This document shows positions 1 through 10,206 of a stretch of 41,252 nucleotides of DNA, piece by piece. Below the pieces are notes generated by a model. That model had not been told where the DNA came from and did no database searches. It worked only from the letters and a program-made list of their open reading frames with translations. Location of the stretch: sequence record SRR31156797_136; one strand, written 5' to 3'. How positions within the stretch are numbered: position 1 is the first letter of the stretch; every line of letters starts with the position of its first letter. The translations under genes and the position numbers were made by a program.

Positions 1-48
1 CCAATTGCTTTTTAGTGCTAACCTAGTTTGTAGACTAGGAGGTAAGAC

Positions 49-1431
49 ATGGAAAGAAAAATAGCATGGACTAAATATAATGATGCAGAAAAAAAACAAG
101 TTTTTGACTTCAACGAAGACTACAAGAGCTTTCTTTCACAATGTAAAACAGAACGTGAATGCGCTGAATATGTAATAGATTTGGCAAAAAAAATGGGTTA
201 TGTGGAATTAGACAGTATTAAATCGCTAAAAGCTGGGGATAAAGTATATGCAGTAAACCAAAATCGCTTACTAATACTATTTCACATCGGCAGGGATGAT
301 TTAGCAAATGGTATGAATATAATAGGTGCACATACAGATTCACCTCGCCTTGACTTGAAGCAGAATCCACTTTATGAGGACGATGCATCAAATACAGCAC
401 TGCTAAAGACTCACTATTACGGCGGAATAAAGAAATATCAATGGGTAACCGTCCCTCTTTCACTGCATGGTGTAGTATACAAAACCGATGGTACTTGCGT
501 GAAAATCGCAATCGGCGACAATGAAAACGACCCGATATTCGGAGTGTCAGATTTGTTGATTCACTTAGCAAAGGACCAAATGCAGCTAAAACTAGCAGAG
601 GGCATAAAGGGCGAAGGATTAAATGTATTTATTGGTTCAATCCCTGTGGAGGACAAGGACGATAAGCAAAGTACAAAAAAGGCTATCCTCGACATATTAA
701 AAGAAAAATATAATATTGAAGAAGATGATTTCATATCTGCTGAAATAGAGGCAGTACCTGCTGGTCCTGCACGTGACTATGGACTTGACAGGAGTTTTGT
801 TGCAGGATATGGTCATGATGATAAAGTGTGTTCATACACTATGCTCAAAGCCATAATGGAGATGGATACACCGAATAGAACATGTGTATCAATATTTGCT
901 GACAAGGAGGAAATCGGAAGCTTCGGAGCTACCGGAATGTCATCAAGATTCTTTGAGAATGCATGTGCCAAAGTTCAGCGAGCAGTAGACGGCACTTATG
1001 ACAGCATTACACTGCGTGATGCACTGCAGAACTCTGCGATGTTATCTGCCGATGTCAGTGTTGGCTTCGACCCCAATTTCCCTGATGTTACAGAAAAATA
1101 CAACACTGCATATCTTGGTAAAGGTGTACTCTTTGAGAAATACAGCGGTGTCAGAGGTAAATACAATGCATCAGATGCTGATCCATTATTTATTGCAAAG
1201 CTACGAAAGCTATTAGATGAAAGTAATATCAGCTATCAAACCGCTGAACTGGGAAAGGTTGACCAAGGCGGCGGTGGAACAATAGCATTTATTCTAGCGG
1301 AATACGGTATGGATGTCATCGACTGCGGAGTTCCATTGCACAATATGCATTCACCTTTGGAACTAGTTTCAAAGGCAGATGTTTTTGAAATATATAAGTG
1401 CTATAAGGAGTTTTATAGCAAGTATAAGTAG
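49..1431 (+). CDS. apeA: M18 family aminopeptidase (ApeA-like)
   Basis: GAHTDSPRL, YYGGIKKYQW, GHDDKVC, DKEEIGS and NMHSP metal-binding motifs of peptidase M18; GGAGG RBS upstream. Confidence 0.9.
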   Translation: MERKIAWTKYNDAEKKQVFDFNEDYKSFLSQCKTERECAEYVIDLAKKMGYVELDSIKSLKAGDKVYAVNQNRLLILFHIGRDDLANGMNIIGAHTDSPRLDLKQNPLYEDDASNTALLKTHYYGGIKKYQWVTVPLSLHGVVYKTDGTCVKIAIGDNENDPIFGVSDLLIHLAKDQMQLKLAEGIKGEGLNVFIGSIPVEDKDDKQSTKKAILDILKEKYNIEEDDFISAEIEAVPAGPARDYGLDRSFVAGYGHDDKVCSYTMLKAIMEMDTPNRTCVSIFADKEEIGSFGATGMSSRFFENACAKVQRAVDGTYDSITLRDALQNSAMLSADVSVGFDPNFPDVTEKYNTAYLGKGVLFEKYSGVRGKYNASDADPLFIAKLRKLLDESNISYQTAELGKVDQGGGGTIAFILAEYGMDVIDCGVPLHNMHSPLELVSKADVFEIYKCYKEFYSKYK

Positions 1432-1453
1432 TATAATCTTAATATGAAAAAGC

Positions 1454-1498
1454 AAAGCACTTTCACCTTAATAGTTATAAGCGAAAGTGCTTTTTTTT
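1454..1498. terminator. Probable bidirectional intrinsic terminator
   Basis: AAAGCACTTTC...GAAAGTGCTTT stem with a T8 tail and an A-run on the other side, between convergent genes. Confidence 0.8.
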
Positions 1499-1547
1499 AC
1501 GTGTTATCTATTCAATATTGTAATATAGATTATTAAACAATTTAAGA

Positions 1548-2228
1548 TTAGCTGGCATTACCTCCATTGGTAAGATAATTCAGATAATTCCGAAGTCCGT
1601 CGTTCTTCCAGTTGGATTTATCGTTATCATTAACTTGTGTTATAAACTCTGTATCTCCAAACAATAATGTTATTGACTTCTCTTCACCTTCTTCGTTAAA
1701 GCTGATAACACCCTTAAAAGATTGATCTATATCCAAATTATTGCTAGTTCTACCATTATTAAAAAAGAGAACTATTTTATCCATTACTTCTCTATCTTCC
1801 TGAGTATAACTACATATCAAAGCTTCCTCTTCTGATATATCATATATTGAAATATCAGATATAGTATCAGATGAAAAGCTCACCATAGATCCTTCTTCTC
1901 CAGATACGCCAATGCGTACTATATATGATATAAACTCTATTATTTTTTGTTCTATATAACTGTCTATTTCTTTGTAAGACATTTGTCCATTGCTAAGATA
2001 CAGCTCATATACTTGGAAAACCTCATCACCTGCAACATCTTCCTCATTTACAGCGAAAATATAAAGATTATCACCGTACTGAATAAGTTTATACTTCCAA
2101 TTATCAGGACTTACTACTTTTGAGTAAATTTCTGTTTTTAAATCGTAGCATTCAATGAACTCTTTTGGATACTCTTCATCTTTTGCATATGAACGTGCAT
2201 ATAGTTCATCTGTGCCGTCTTTGTCCAT
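1548..2228 (-). CDS. Acidic hypothetical protein, probably an N-terminally truncated surface/secreted protein
   Basis: 226-aa ORF starting inside a D-M-D-K-D-G-T-D-E-L (FG-GAP/VCBS-like Ca-loop) motif; no RBS or signal peptide seen at the ATG. Confidence 0.5.
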   Translation of the reverse strand: MDKDGTDELYARSYAKDEEYPKEFIECYDLKTEIYSKVVSPDNWKYKLIQYGDNLYIFAVNEEDVAGDEVFQVYELYLSNGQMSYKEIDSYIEQKIIEFISYIVRIGVSGEEGSMVSFSSDTISDISIYDISEEEALICSYTQEDREVMDKIVLFFNNGRTSNNLDIDQSFKGVISFNEEGEEKSITLLFGDTEFITQVNDNDKSNWKNDGLRNYLNYLTNGGNAS

Positions 2229-2245
2229 ATCTGTTATATAAATTG

Positions 2246-2398
2246 TTAATAACAGGATTCTGGATATACAGATTTGACTTTGATAAATGCCTCTTTTGCA
2301 CCAATTCTAATTAAATCTTCTGAAGAAGTAATGCATGCGTCCTCTAGCCTCTGTGCCAGTATCTTTCCTATATTCTTCATGTCAATGAGTTGTACGAT
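2246..2398 (-). pseudogene. TfoX/Sxy C-terminal-domain family gene remnant
   Basis: After a GGAGG RBS the frame reads (ATC)VQLIDMKNIGKILAQRLEDACITSSEDLIRIGAKEAFIKVKSVYPESCY*, matching the TfoX_C pattern; ATC at the expected start and premature stop. Confidence 0.7.
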
Positions 2399-2487
2399 AG
2401 TGTGCTGCCTCCAATTTATTTAATTATATAGGATTTCAATAAAAAAGAAAACGCTGATTTTTTTCTACCAAAAAAACAAGTTAATAT

Positions 2488-2524
2488 AAAAAAACACCCA
2501 ATATCATACTCAATACTGGGTGTT
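2488..2524 (-). terminator. Intrinsic terminator after the DEAD-box helicase
   Basis: AACACCCA...TGGGTGTT stem followed by a T-run on the minus strand. Confidence 0.7.
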
Positions 2525-2528
2525 AATA

Positions 2529-4250
2529 TTAGTCTCTTCTTAGCTTTTGCTCTAAGATTTTTTTATTGTTTTTATGCTTTCCTTTAGCTTTATTGTTTCC
2601 TTTATTATTAGTCTTGCCTTTGTCCTTGCCTTTTGATTTGGTCTTTTCCTTTGCTTGTGCAACCTCAATATTTATCTTTCTATTGCCAATTGTAACCTTG
2701 TTGCTGTTAATGCCATCTAGTACTTGATCCTTGAATTGAGACTCAATCTCCACAAAGGAGAAATTCTCGTAAATATCAACCTTGCCAATACTTCTGCCGC
2801 TAATGCCTGTTTCACTAGCTATGCACCCTACAATATCTCTTGCTTGCGCCTTGTCCTTCCGGCCAACATTGATAAAGAATCGGGTCATGCCTCTCTCTCT
2901 AGCACCAGATGCTTTGGAATCATTAGACGGTATATTAAAATCAGTATTTATAACCTGAGTGCTCTCTATCTCAATGCGTATCATTGCAGCTGCTATTTTT
3001 CTCTCACTGTAGCCCATTGCAACCAAATCATCCAAGAGCTTAAAGTACTTTTCATCCGTTTTTTCCTTTACCTGCTCTACTAGCGTTACCTTGAACTCAT
3101 CATTTACTATTTTCTCAATATCGGCTTTTGACGGCAGACTTTTCTGTGGAATTTGATTCTTTATATATCTTTCAATTGTCTTAAGTCTCTTTTTATTAGC
3201 ACTGCCTGAAACAAATGTAATAGCCATACCGCTTCTACCTGCTCTGCCAGTTCTGCCTATTCTATGTACATAGTATTCATCATCCTGTGGTACATCGAAA
3301 TTGATTACCAGCTCAACATCATCTACGTCTATACCACGAGCCGCAACATCAGTTGCTACCAATATAGGCATAGCACCAGTACGGAAGCCATTCATCACTC
3401 TGCTTCTGGCATTCTGATTCAAGTCACCATGCAGTGCCATTGCAGGTACACGTATCTTTTGCAGGCTCTCAACCAATTCATCTACCTGCCTTTTTGTATT
3501 GCAGAATATCAATGTTAGCTTTGGCTGATGATACTTTATCAGTACATCTACAGCCATTATTTTATTTATCTTTTTAACAAATATATAATGCTGGTCAATA
3601 CTTGCAACCGTAAGATTATCATTAACAGCCTTTATCAATTTTGCATCTGACTGATAATTCTTTGTAATATGCATGATATCTCTGGACATAGTAGCTGAGA
3701 ATAGTACGGTACTGCTTGTTTCTGGTACATCTTCTAGGATAGTCTCAATATCTTCACGAAAGCCCATATTCAGCATTTCATCTGCCTCATCCAATACCAG
3801 CAGATTTAGTCCGTCCAGCTTCAATGTACCTCTGCGCATATGATCCATCAGCCTGCCAGGTGTACCAATAACAATCTGTGCCCCTTGTCTTAATTGCCTA
3901 AGCTGAGTATCCATAGATGCCCCGCCATATATCGGCACTACTTTTAAGCCTTTTTTATAGTTTGCAGCTTTGCTAATTTCTCCTGCTGCCTGCACCGCTA
4001 ATTCTCTTGTGGGACATAGTATTAATGCTTGTGTTTTTTTTATACTTGTATCACACATTTCTACAGCAGGCAGTCCAAATGCCATGGTCTTACCAGTGCC
4101 TGTTTTGGAATGACCAATTACATCTCTGCCTTCCAAAATATGCGGAATGCTTTCGTGTTGTATATGTGTCGGGCTCTCATAACCCATGTCTTTTACTGCG
4201 TTCAAAGACTCCTCGGATAATCCAAGGTTCTCGAATTTCAAATCTTTCAT
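2529..4250 (-). CDS. DEAD-box RNA helicase with DbpA-type RNA-binding domain and Lys-rich tail (CshA/DeaD-like)
   Basis: Q-motif, TGTGKT, PTRELA, DEAD, SAT, HRIGRTGRAG; C-terminal RFFINVGRKD...IGKVDIYENFSFVE. Confidence 0.95.
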   Translation of the reverse strand: MKDLKFENLGLSEESLNAVKDMGYESPTHIQHESIPHILEGRDVIGHSKTGTGKTMAFGLPAVEMCDTSIKKTQALILCPTRELAVQAAGEISKAANYKKGLKVVPIYGGASMDTQLRQLRQGAQIVIGTPGRLMDHMRRGTLKLDGLNLLVLDEADEMLNMGFREDIETILEDVPETSSTVLFSATMSRDIMHITKNYQSDAKLIKAVNDNLTVASIDQHYIFVKKINKIMAVDVLIKYHQPKLTLIFCNTKRQVDELVESLQKIRVPAMALHGDLNQNARSRVMNGFRTGAMPILVATDVAARGIDVDDVELVINFDVPQDDEYYVHRIGRTGRAGRSGMAITFVSGSANKKRLKTIERYIKNQIPQKSLPSKADIEKIVNDEFKVTLVEQVKEKTDEKYFKLLDDLVAMGYSERKIAAAMIRIEIESTQVINTDFNIPSNDSKASGARERGMTRFFINVGRKDKAQARDIVGCIASETGISGRSIGKVDIYENFSFVEIESQFKDQVLDGINSNKVTIGNRKINIEVAQAKEKTKSKGKDKGKTNNKGNNKAKGKHKNNKKILEQKLRRD

Positions 4251-4596
4251 TTTCTTTTCCTCAATTTATACTATTAATTTCTCCATTTACAGTATTAATA
4301 GTATACAAATATTTTCCTTTAGAAAAATCAAATTCATTGTTTACTACACGTATTTTCATCTATAATATTAAGAGGTTAAAATAATAGGACAATTTATCAT
4401 TACCAATTTTATATCTACATAAATGTTTTAACGCCACTTTTGCATTCACCGCCATTATGTGATACAAAAGCCTATACATTAATATGGAACTAATCGACCC
4501 ATTGTACTATACTTTTATAAATAATGATAGCTCTATTTTGCAAGTCAAACAAGTCAAGTAATTATCTATAGTCAAATTGAATTATATTAATAATAT

Positions 4597-4641
4597 AAAA
4601 AGCGCACTAAACTATGCAAATATTGCATTAATAGTGCACTT
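4597..4641 (-). terminator. Probable terminator after rsfS
   Basis: Imperfect hairpin AAGCGCACTA..ATGCAAATATTGCAT..TAGTGCACTT with an A-run on the plus strand. Confidence 0.5.
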
Positions 4642-4668
4642 AAATTAACAAAATAGGCAAATTAAATA

Positions 4669-5007
4669 CTAATTATACCTTTGGGCATTGTTTTCATCCA
4701 TCCACAGACGTTCAATATTGTAGAATTCCCTGTCATCACGATGGAAGATATGAACCATTACCCCATCCACATCGAGGATAATCCATCTCGCAGCGTTATA
4801 CCCTTCACTAGCTGCAATTTCCAAGTCATTCTCTTCGCACGTTTCAACCACATGGTCAAAAAGTGCCTTTGTCTGAGTGACTGAGTTACCGCTGGCAATG
4901 ATAAAAGCATCGGCAATAGTAGTCATGTCATGAATGTCTATAGACATGATATCCTGAGCCTTTTTCTCTGCCAAAGCATCAACAATTACTTTAATATTAT
5001 TTTCCAA
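4669..5007 (-). CDS. rsfS: Ribosome silencing factor RsfS
   Basis: KKAQDI, IADAFIIASG, WIILD..VMVHIF..REFYNIERLW; follows nadD-yqeK. Confidence 0.93.
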   Translation of the reverse strand: MENNIKVIVDALAEKKAQDIMSIDIHDMTTIADAFIIASGNSVTQTKALFDHVVETCEENDLEIAASEGYNAARWIILDVDGVMVHIFHRDDREFYNIERLWMDENNAQRYN

Positions 5008-5031
5008 GTAGCGTAAGCTCCTGTTTAAATT

Positions 5032-5619
5032 TTATGAATTTATTTTATCATATTTGTTCAATTTAATCAACATATAATTGTATGCGTTTACACTATCTGT
5101 ATGAAGCAGAATACCTCTTTCTACCACATATTGTATAGTTCTATTCAATGTCAACAGATATGCTTCATCTAAATTCTTGTATGCTATCTGCCTTATTTCC
5201 TCTACACCATCGTAATCTCTGCCCTCTTCAACAATATCTGCTACAAAGATTATTTTGTCCAGCAGAGTCATTTCAATACGTGGAATTGTGTGATATTGGA
5301 TAGCATCTAGTATTCTTTTTTCTGTTATCCCAAATGTATTCTCTGCAATGTATGCACCTGCTATACCATGCAGCAGCTGAGGTTGGTTCAGAAGCACTTC
5401 ATCTATTTCATAGCCATAATTTTTAGCATACTCAATAAGTTTCTCATCAGACAAATACTTGCCGCAGTCATGCAGCAGTGCCGCCAGCTCTGCATCATTT
5501 TCATTTTCACCGTACAATTTCGCTAATTCTACAGCTGCAATGGCAACACCATGTGTATGCTTTACTCTCTTTGGTTTTAAATTCTCATTGAGATATTTCT
5601 CTATTTTTTTGTATTTCAT
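5032..5619 (-). CDS. yqeK: HD-domain Ap4A hydrolase YqeK
   Basis: RVKHT..V, ALLHDCGK, LLHG, IQYHT, IFVADIVE; adjacent to nadD. Confidence 0.9.
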   Translation of the reverse strand: MKYKKIEKYLNENLKPKRVKHTHGVAIAAVELAKLYGENENDAELAALLHDCGKYLSDEKLIEYAKNYGYEIDEVLLNQPQLLHGIAGAYIAENTFGITEKRILDAIQYHTIPRIEMTLLDKIIFVADIVEEGRDYDGVEEIRQIAYKNLDEAYLLTLNRTIQYVVERGILLHTDSVNAYNYMLIKLNKYDKINS

Positions 5620-6245
5620 TTTTTATACAGCCCCTTATTAATTATATATCTGTGTACATCACTATCGATATATTTATTATCTGCTGTTTTCCCATCTCTT
5701 ATCTTTGTAGATGATATATGAAATTTCTCACAGTCAATATAATGGATTTCTGCTCCAAATCTGCTATGCAGATAATCTATTTTTTCCTCACACTGCTCCT
5801 TGGAATAATCGCCTCTGGGAATCACAATAAATTCTGCAAGATGAAAAAATATATCAGGCCGCTTCCAATTATCCAAATGCATCAGGCTGTCAGCACCTAT
5901 TATAAAGAAAAGTGTGGAGCTTTGATGCATCATATCCTTTATTCTATGCAATGATTGATATGTATAAGTAGTATAATCATTCTTCGCTTCAGAGTCATCA
6001 ATAAAATACCTTTTATCATCATCCGCTGCAAATTCCAGCATATTCAGTCTATCCTTTACTGATACATCATAATCCAGCTCTTTGTGGGCGGGTATAGCAC
6101 AAAGTAAAAACACTACCCTATCCAAATCCATATATTCAGCTGCATTCTCTGCCATATGCATATGTCCCATATGAATTGGATTGAATGTACCGCCTAAGAT
6201 GCCTATTCTTTTATTTTTTCCCTTGTATACCTTTTTATATCCCAT
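5616..6245 (-). CDS. nadD: Nicotinate-nucleotide adenylyltransferase
   Basis: GILGGTFNPIHMGH, FIIGADSL..LDNW, ISSTKIR. Confidence 0.95.
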   Translation of the reverse strand: MGYKKVYKGKNKRIGILGGTFNPIHMGHMHMAENAAEYMDLDRVVFLLCAIPAHKELDYDVSVKDRLNMLEFAADDDKRYFIDDSEAKNDYTTYTYQSLHRIKDMMHQSSTLFFIIGADSLMHLDNWKRPDIFFHLAEFIVIPRGDYSKEQCEEKIDYLHSRFGAEIHYIDCEKFHISSTKIRDGKTADNKYIDSDVHRYIINKGLYKK

Positions 6246-6351
6246 CAAAGTCTGCCTTTCTATACTCCATTTTATGCCTTAAAAAAAATATTTAATAAAA
6301 CGTATATATATGTTAATCCCGTGCATACTATTAACGAAAGGAAATGATTAT

Positions 6352-7239
6352 ATGTCAAATGAATTCGCAGAAAACTATACCAGACAAACTATGGACAAGC
6401 CTGTAAAAACACTGTCCTTTGCTCGTGTCACTGATTTCATTATAATAGTTACAATAGTATCAATAGCCGCATTTATATGGGGATATAAACGCTCTGCAAA
6501 TCTAATTTTTTCCATCGTTGTCGGAATGTTGTTTTTGCTGTTTTCGTCAATTTTTATGTACTCCATTAACATTAAACTAGTACATAAGAAACAGAAAAAA
6601 ATTAATCTTCTGGCAAATAAGCTATACCTTCAGACTCAGATAATAAACGGTACAAATATCCAGTTTGCAAATCTCTTGATAGATGTACTGGACAAGCAGG
6701 GTTTCTATTATATGCCTGAAACCGGCTCTGGATACAGATTGTCAAAGGACAAGCAGTTCTATCTGCTGTACCCTCTAAGGCGACACAGCAACTACAACGT
6801 TACCGGTCAGGACATTCTCTTTGTGTGCGATATAGCAAGACGAAAAAGGTTTAAGCGAGTAATTATCGCAACCTCTGCAAAGATTGACCCAATGGCAATA
6901 GAATTTGCTCAGGTTGTAGAAAACATAGAAGTGCTTCTGCTGGACATGGACAATATCGTCAGTCTTTTCCAGGAAACCTACGAACCAGTACCGGATAAAG
7001 AACTGGAAAAGTACAAACAAAACGCTACAATTATTATCAATCAGACCGCCAAAAAGCGTCGTTCGCTAGTTAAGATGTTCCCAGCAATCCGATATCTGCT
7101 CTGCGGAATAATGCTGTTTATCGCTGCTAGCTATATGCCGTTTAATACATTTTATATTATTGCTGGTGGTATCTGTATGGTAATCTTCGTTCTTATAATA
7201 CTTTTTCCGAGCCTAAAGCGAGATGTGCAAAAATCTTAA
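6352..7239 (+). CDS. Membrane protein with a central degenerate Mrr-like restriction-endonuclease fold
   Basis: Two N-terminal and two C-terminal hydrophobic helices; middle VTGQDI...KRVIIATSAKIDPMAIEFAQ..IEVLLLD resembles Mrr_cat; GAAAGG RBS favours ATG at 6352. Confidence 0.55.
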   Translation: MSNEFAENYTRQTMDKPVKTLSFARVTDFIIIVTIVSIAAFIWGYKRSANLIFSIVVGMLFLLFSSIFMYSINIKLVHKKQKKINLLANKLYLQTQIINGTNIQFANLLIDVLDKQGFYYMPETGSGYRLSKDKQFYLLYPLRRHSNYNVTGQDILFVCDIARRKRFKRVIIATSAKIDPMAIEFAQVVENIEVLLLDMDNIVSLFQETYEPVPDKELEKYKQNATIIINQTAKKRRSLVKMFPAIRYLLCGIMLFIAASYMPFNTFYIIAGGICMVIFVLIILFPSLKRDVQKS

Positions 7240-7252
7240 GAATTACATTATC

Positions 7253-7546
7253 CTAGATTTCTATTTGCTTATTCTCCTTTGACTCTTTATATATAACAAA
7301 CTTTTTGCCTATTACCTGTACGGGATAGGCATTAGTTTTCTTACATAATTGGTGGCATATATCTCTTGCTGACAAATCTGAGTTCTGCTGTATTTTGCCT
7401 TTTACTAGTTCTCTTGCCTCCAGCTCTATCTCCACCTGTTTAGTTATACTATCAGTAAATCCGCCTTTACCAATAAATATCGTCGGCTCCAGGGAATTAG
7501 CCATTTTCCTTAGCTTTGCCCTTTGTTTGCTGGTAATTTCTTTCAT
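7253..7546 (-). CDS. yhbY: CRM-domain ribosome assembly RNA-binding protein YhbY
   Basis: ITSKQRAKLRKMANSLEP..IGKGG, ELVK, VQVIGKKFVIYK. Confidence 0.93.
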   Translation of the reverse strand: MKEITSKQRAKLRKMANSLEPTIFIGKGGFTDSITKQVEIELEARELVKGKIQQNSDLSARDICHQLCKKTNAYPVQVIGKKFVIYKESKENKQIEI

Positions 7547-7563
7547 ATATTCCCCTTTAGATG

Positions 7564-8823
7564 TTATTCTGTAAAGTCAAATTCTGTGTCATTAATGTTT
7601 ATAGTATCGCCGTCTTTTGCACCCAATTCACGTAGCTTATCTATGATACCATACTGAACAAGCATCCTCTGGAAGTGAGCCATCGAATCTCTGTCATATA
7701 GATTAACAGAATCAATCAGTCTGTCTGCCAGACCTCCCTCTACATAGTATACATTGCCATCTACAAAGATATCTATATCTTCCTCAATCCTCTGGTCAAG
7801 CATAGTATTTTCATTATCTGCAAAGTCATCAGTTACTGGTATAGTCTCCAGCATATCAGCAATCTTTCGCAAAAGATCTATAACTCCGTCCTTTGTAGCA
7901 GCAGATATTGGTACTATATCGAGTCCATCCAGCTGTTCCTCCAATAGCTCAATGCCAGCCTCTGCATCTGGCAAATCGCACTTATTTGCAGCAACTATCT
8001 CTGGTCTGTTGGCTAATTCCAATGAATAGGACAATAGTTCTTCACGGATTTTTGTATAATCCTCTACAGGATCTCTTCCCTCTATACCTGATGCGTCAAG
8101 CACATGAACCAGTAATCTGGTACGCTCAACATGGCGTAGAAAGTCGTGTCCCAACCCTGCACCAGTGTGAGCATTCTCTATAAGCCCTGGAATATCAGCC
8201 ACAACAAATGATCTGCCGTCAATACTTGCAACACCAAGGTTCGGGCTTAGTGTAGTAAAGTGATAGTTTGCAATCTTTGGTCTTGCACTTGTTATAACTG
8301 ACAGCAAAGTTGACTTGCCTACATTTGGGAAACCAATCAGACCTACATCAGCTATCATCTTCAGCTCCAAAGTCACTGTGTGTGGCTTGGTCTTTCTGCC
8401 TGGTTGAGAGAAATTCGGTGTCTGACGTGTGGGAGTTGCAAATCTTGCATTTCCTCGTCCGCCGCCACCTCCCCGCAGAACTTTTACACTAGTATTTTCA
8501 CCCGATAAATCAGCAACTATTCTGCCGTCCTCATCCTTTATTATCGTGCCTTTTGGTACATTTATAATTAAATCATCGCCTTTTGCACCTGTACGATTGT
8601 TACCTTCGCCTTTAGCACCATCGCATGCGTGGAATTTCCTTTGAAACTTAAAATCAAGCAAAGTGCGCATACGAGCATCAACAGCGAATATTACACTGCC
8701 GCCATTACCGCCGTCACCACCGTCAGGACCACCTCTGGGGATATACTTTTCCCTATGAAAATTGACAACACCATCGCCGCCGTCGCCTGATTTTATTATT
8801 ATTTTCGCTATATCAACAAACAT
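7564..8823 (-). CDS. obgE: GTPase ObgE/CgtA
   Basis: Gly-rich Obg fold, GFPNVGKST, YHFTT, DIPG, NKCD, ISA; C-terminal OCT domain. Confidence 0.97.
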   Translation of the reverse strand: MFVDIAKIIIKSGDGGDGVVNFHREKYIPRGGPDGGDGGNGGSVIFAVDARMRTLLDFKFQRKFHACDGAKGEGNNRTGAKGDDLIINVPKGTIIKDEDGRIVADLSGENTSVKVLRGGGGGRGNARFATPTRQTPNFSQPGRKTKPHTVTLELKMIADVGLIGFPNVGKSTLLSVITSARPKIANYHFTTLSPNLGVASIDGRSFVVADIPGLIENAHTGAGLGHDFLRHVERTRLLVHVLDASGIEGRDPVEDYTKIREELLSYSLELANRPEIVAANKCDLPDAEAGIELLEEQLDGLDIVPISAATKDGVIDLLRKIADMLETIPVTDDFADNENTMLDQRIEEDIDIFVDGNVYYVEGGLADRLIDSVNLYDRDSMAHFQRMLVQYGIIDKLRELGAKDGDTININDTEFDFTE

Positions 8824-8826
8824 CTA

Positions 8827-10206
8827 TTATCCTTTATTAAGCATATAATCTGCCATGTTCTCTGCTGCTCTTTTCCCAGCACCCATAGCCTTTATTACTG
8901 TTGCTGCTCCTGTTGCCGCATCACCGCCTGCATAGACACCCTCAATGCTGGTAGCTTGAGTATCATCATCAACTTTTATTATGCCCCTCCAGCCGGTTTC
9001 AAGTTCACTTGTTGTACTGGCAATAAGTGGATTAGGTGATGTTCCGATAGCCATTATTACAGCATCTGTTTCAATCACATATTCACTGCCTTCAATTGGA
9101 ATCGGTCTGGCTCTTCCACTGTCATCCTTTTCACCTAATTCCATTCTGATGCATTCAATGCCAGTAACCCAGCCATTTTCACCTAGAATTTTTATAGGAT
9201 TAGTCAAACCAACTACTTTGACGCCTTCCTCTATTGCATGATGGATTTCTTCATTTCTTGCCGGCATTTCCTCCATTGTCCGTCTGTACACCAAGCTTAC
9301 CTCACTACCCATACGAAGGATGCTTCTGGCTGCATCCATTGCAACATTACCGCCGCCGATTACAACAGCTTTATTAAACCTCTTAATAGGAGTTTGACTG
9401 TCATGCTTATAAGCCTTCATCAAATTGATTCTGGTTAAGTATTCATTTGCTGAATAAACACCATTTAATGATTCGCCTTCTATATTCATAAACCTTGGCA
9501 ATCCTGCACCACTGCCGATAAATATTGACTTGAAGCCTTCTTCAAACATATCATCAATAGTTGTTGTTCTGCCTACCAAAGTGTTGGTGACAAATCCAAC
9601 TCCCATATCTTCCAGAGACTGTATCTCTTTTTCTACTATTTTCTTTGGCAGTCTGAATTCCGGAATTCCATATACCAGTACACCACCAGACTCATGGAAT
9701 GCCTCAAAGACTGTAACTTCGAAGCCTCTCTTAGCCAAATCACCTGCGCAGGTTAATCCTGCTGGACCCCCGCCTACAACTGCGGCTTTAATACCGTTTG
9801 ACTCAGGTTTTGTAATCTGAACGCTTTCATCATACATATACTCATCAGCTGCAAATCTTTCCAGTCTGCCAATTGCAATAGGTTCAGATTTAATGCCAAG
9901 AACGCATACCTTTTCGCATTGTTCCTCCTGCGGACATACACGTCCGCATACTGCTGGCAAAGCATTTGTTTCCTTAATAGTTTTGTATGCAGCTTTAATA
10001 TCTCCATCTGCAATCTGAGAAATAAACTTCGGTATGTCAATATTTACAGGACAGCCTTCTACGCATCTTGGCTTTTTGCACTTAATGCACCTTGCTGCTT
10101 CTTTTTGTGCCATTTCATATGTGTACCCTAGGGCTACTTCTTCAAAGTTATTAGCTCTTTTTTTCGCATCCTGCTCCGGCATTCTTACTCTGATTTTTTC
10201 AGTCAT
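8827..10206 (-). CDS. nfnB: Electron-bifurcating transhydrogenase large subunit NfnB (GltD-like)
   Basis: CIKC..PRCVEGCP, CGRVCPQEEQC, GGGPAG, GGGNVAMD; overlaps the NfnA-like gene. Confidence 0.85.
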   Translation of the reverse strand: MTEKIRVRMPEQDAKKRANNFEEVALGYTYEMAQKEAARCIKCKKPRCVEGCPVNIDIPKFISQIADGDIKAAYKTIKETNALPAVCGRVCPQEEQCEKVCVLGIKSEPIAIGRLERFAADEYMYDESVQITKPESNGIKAAVVGGGPAGLTCAGDLAKRGFEVTVFEAFHESGGVLVYGIPEFRLPKKIVEKEIQSLEDMGVGFVTNTLVGRTTTIDDMFEEGFKSIFIGSGAGLPRFMNIEGESLNGVYSANEYLTRINLMKAYKHDSQTPIKRFNKAVVIGGGNVAMDAARSILRMGSEVSLVYRRTMEEMPARNEEIHHAIEEGVKVVGLTNPIKILGENGWVTGIECIRMELGEKDDSGRARPIPIEGSEYVIETDAVIMAIGTSPNPLIASTTSELETGWRGIIKVDDDTQATSIEGVYAGGDAATGAATVIKAMGAGKRAAENMADYMLNKG

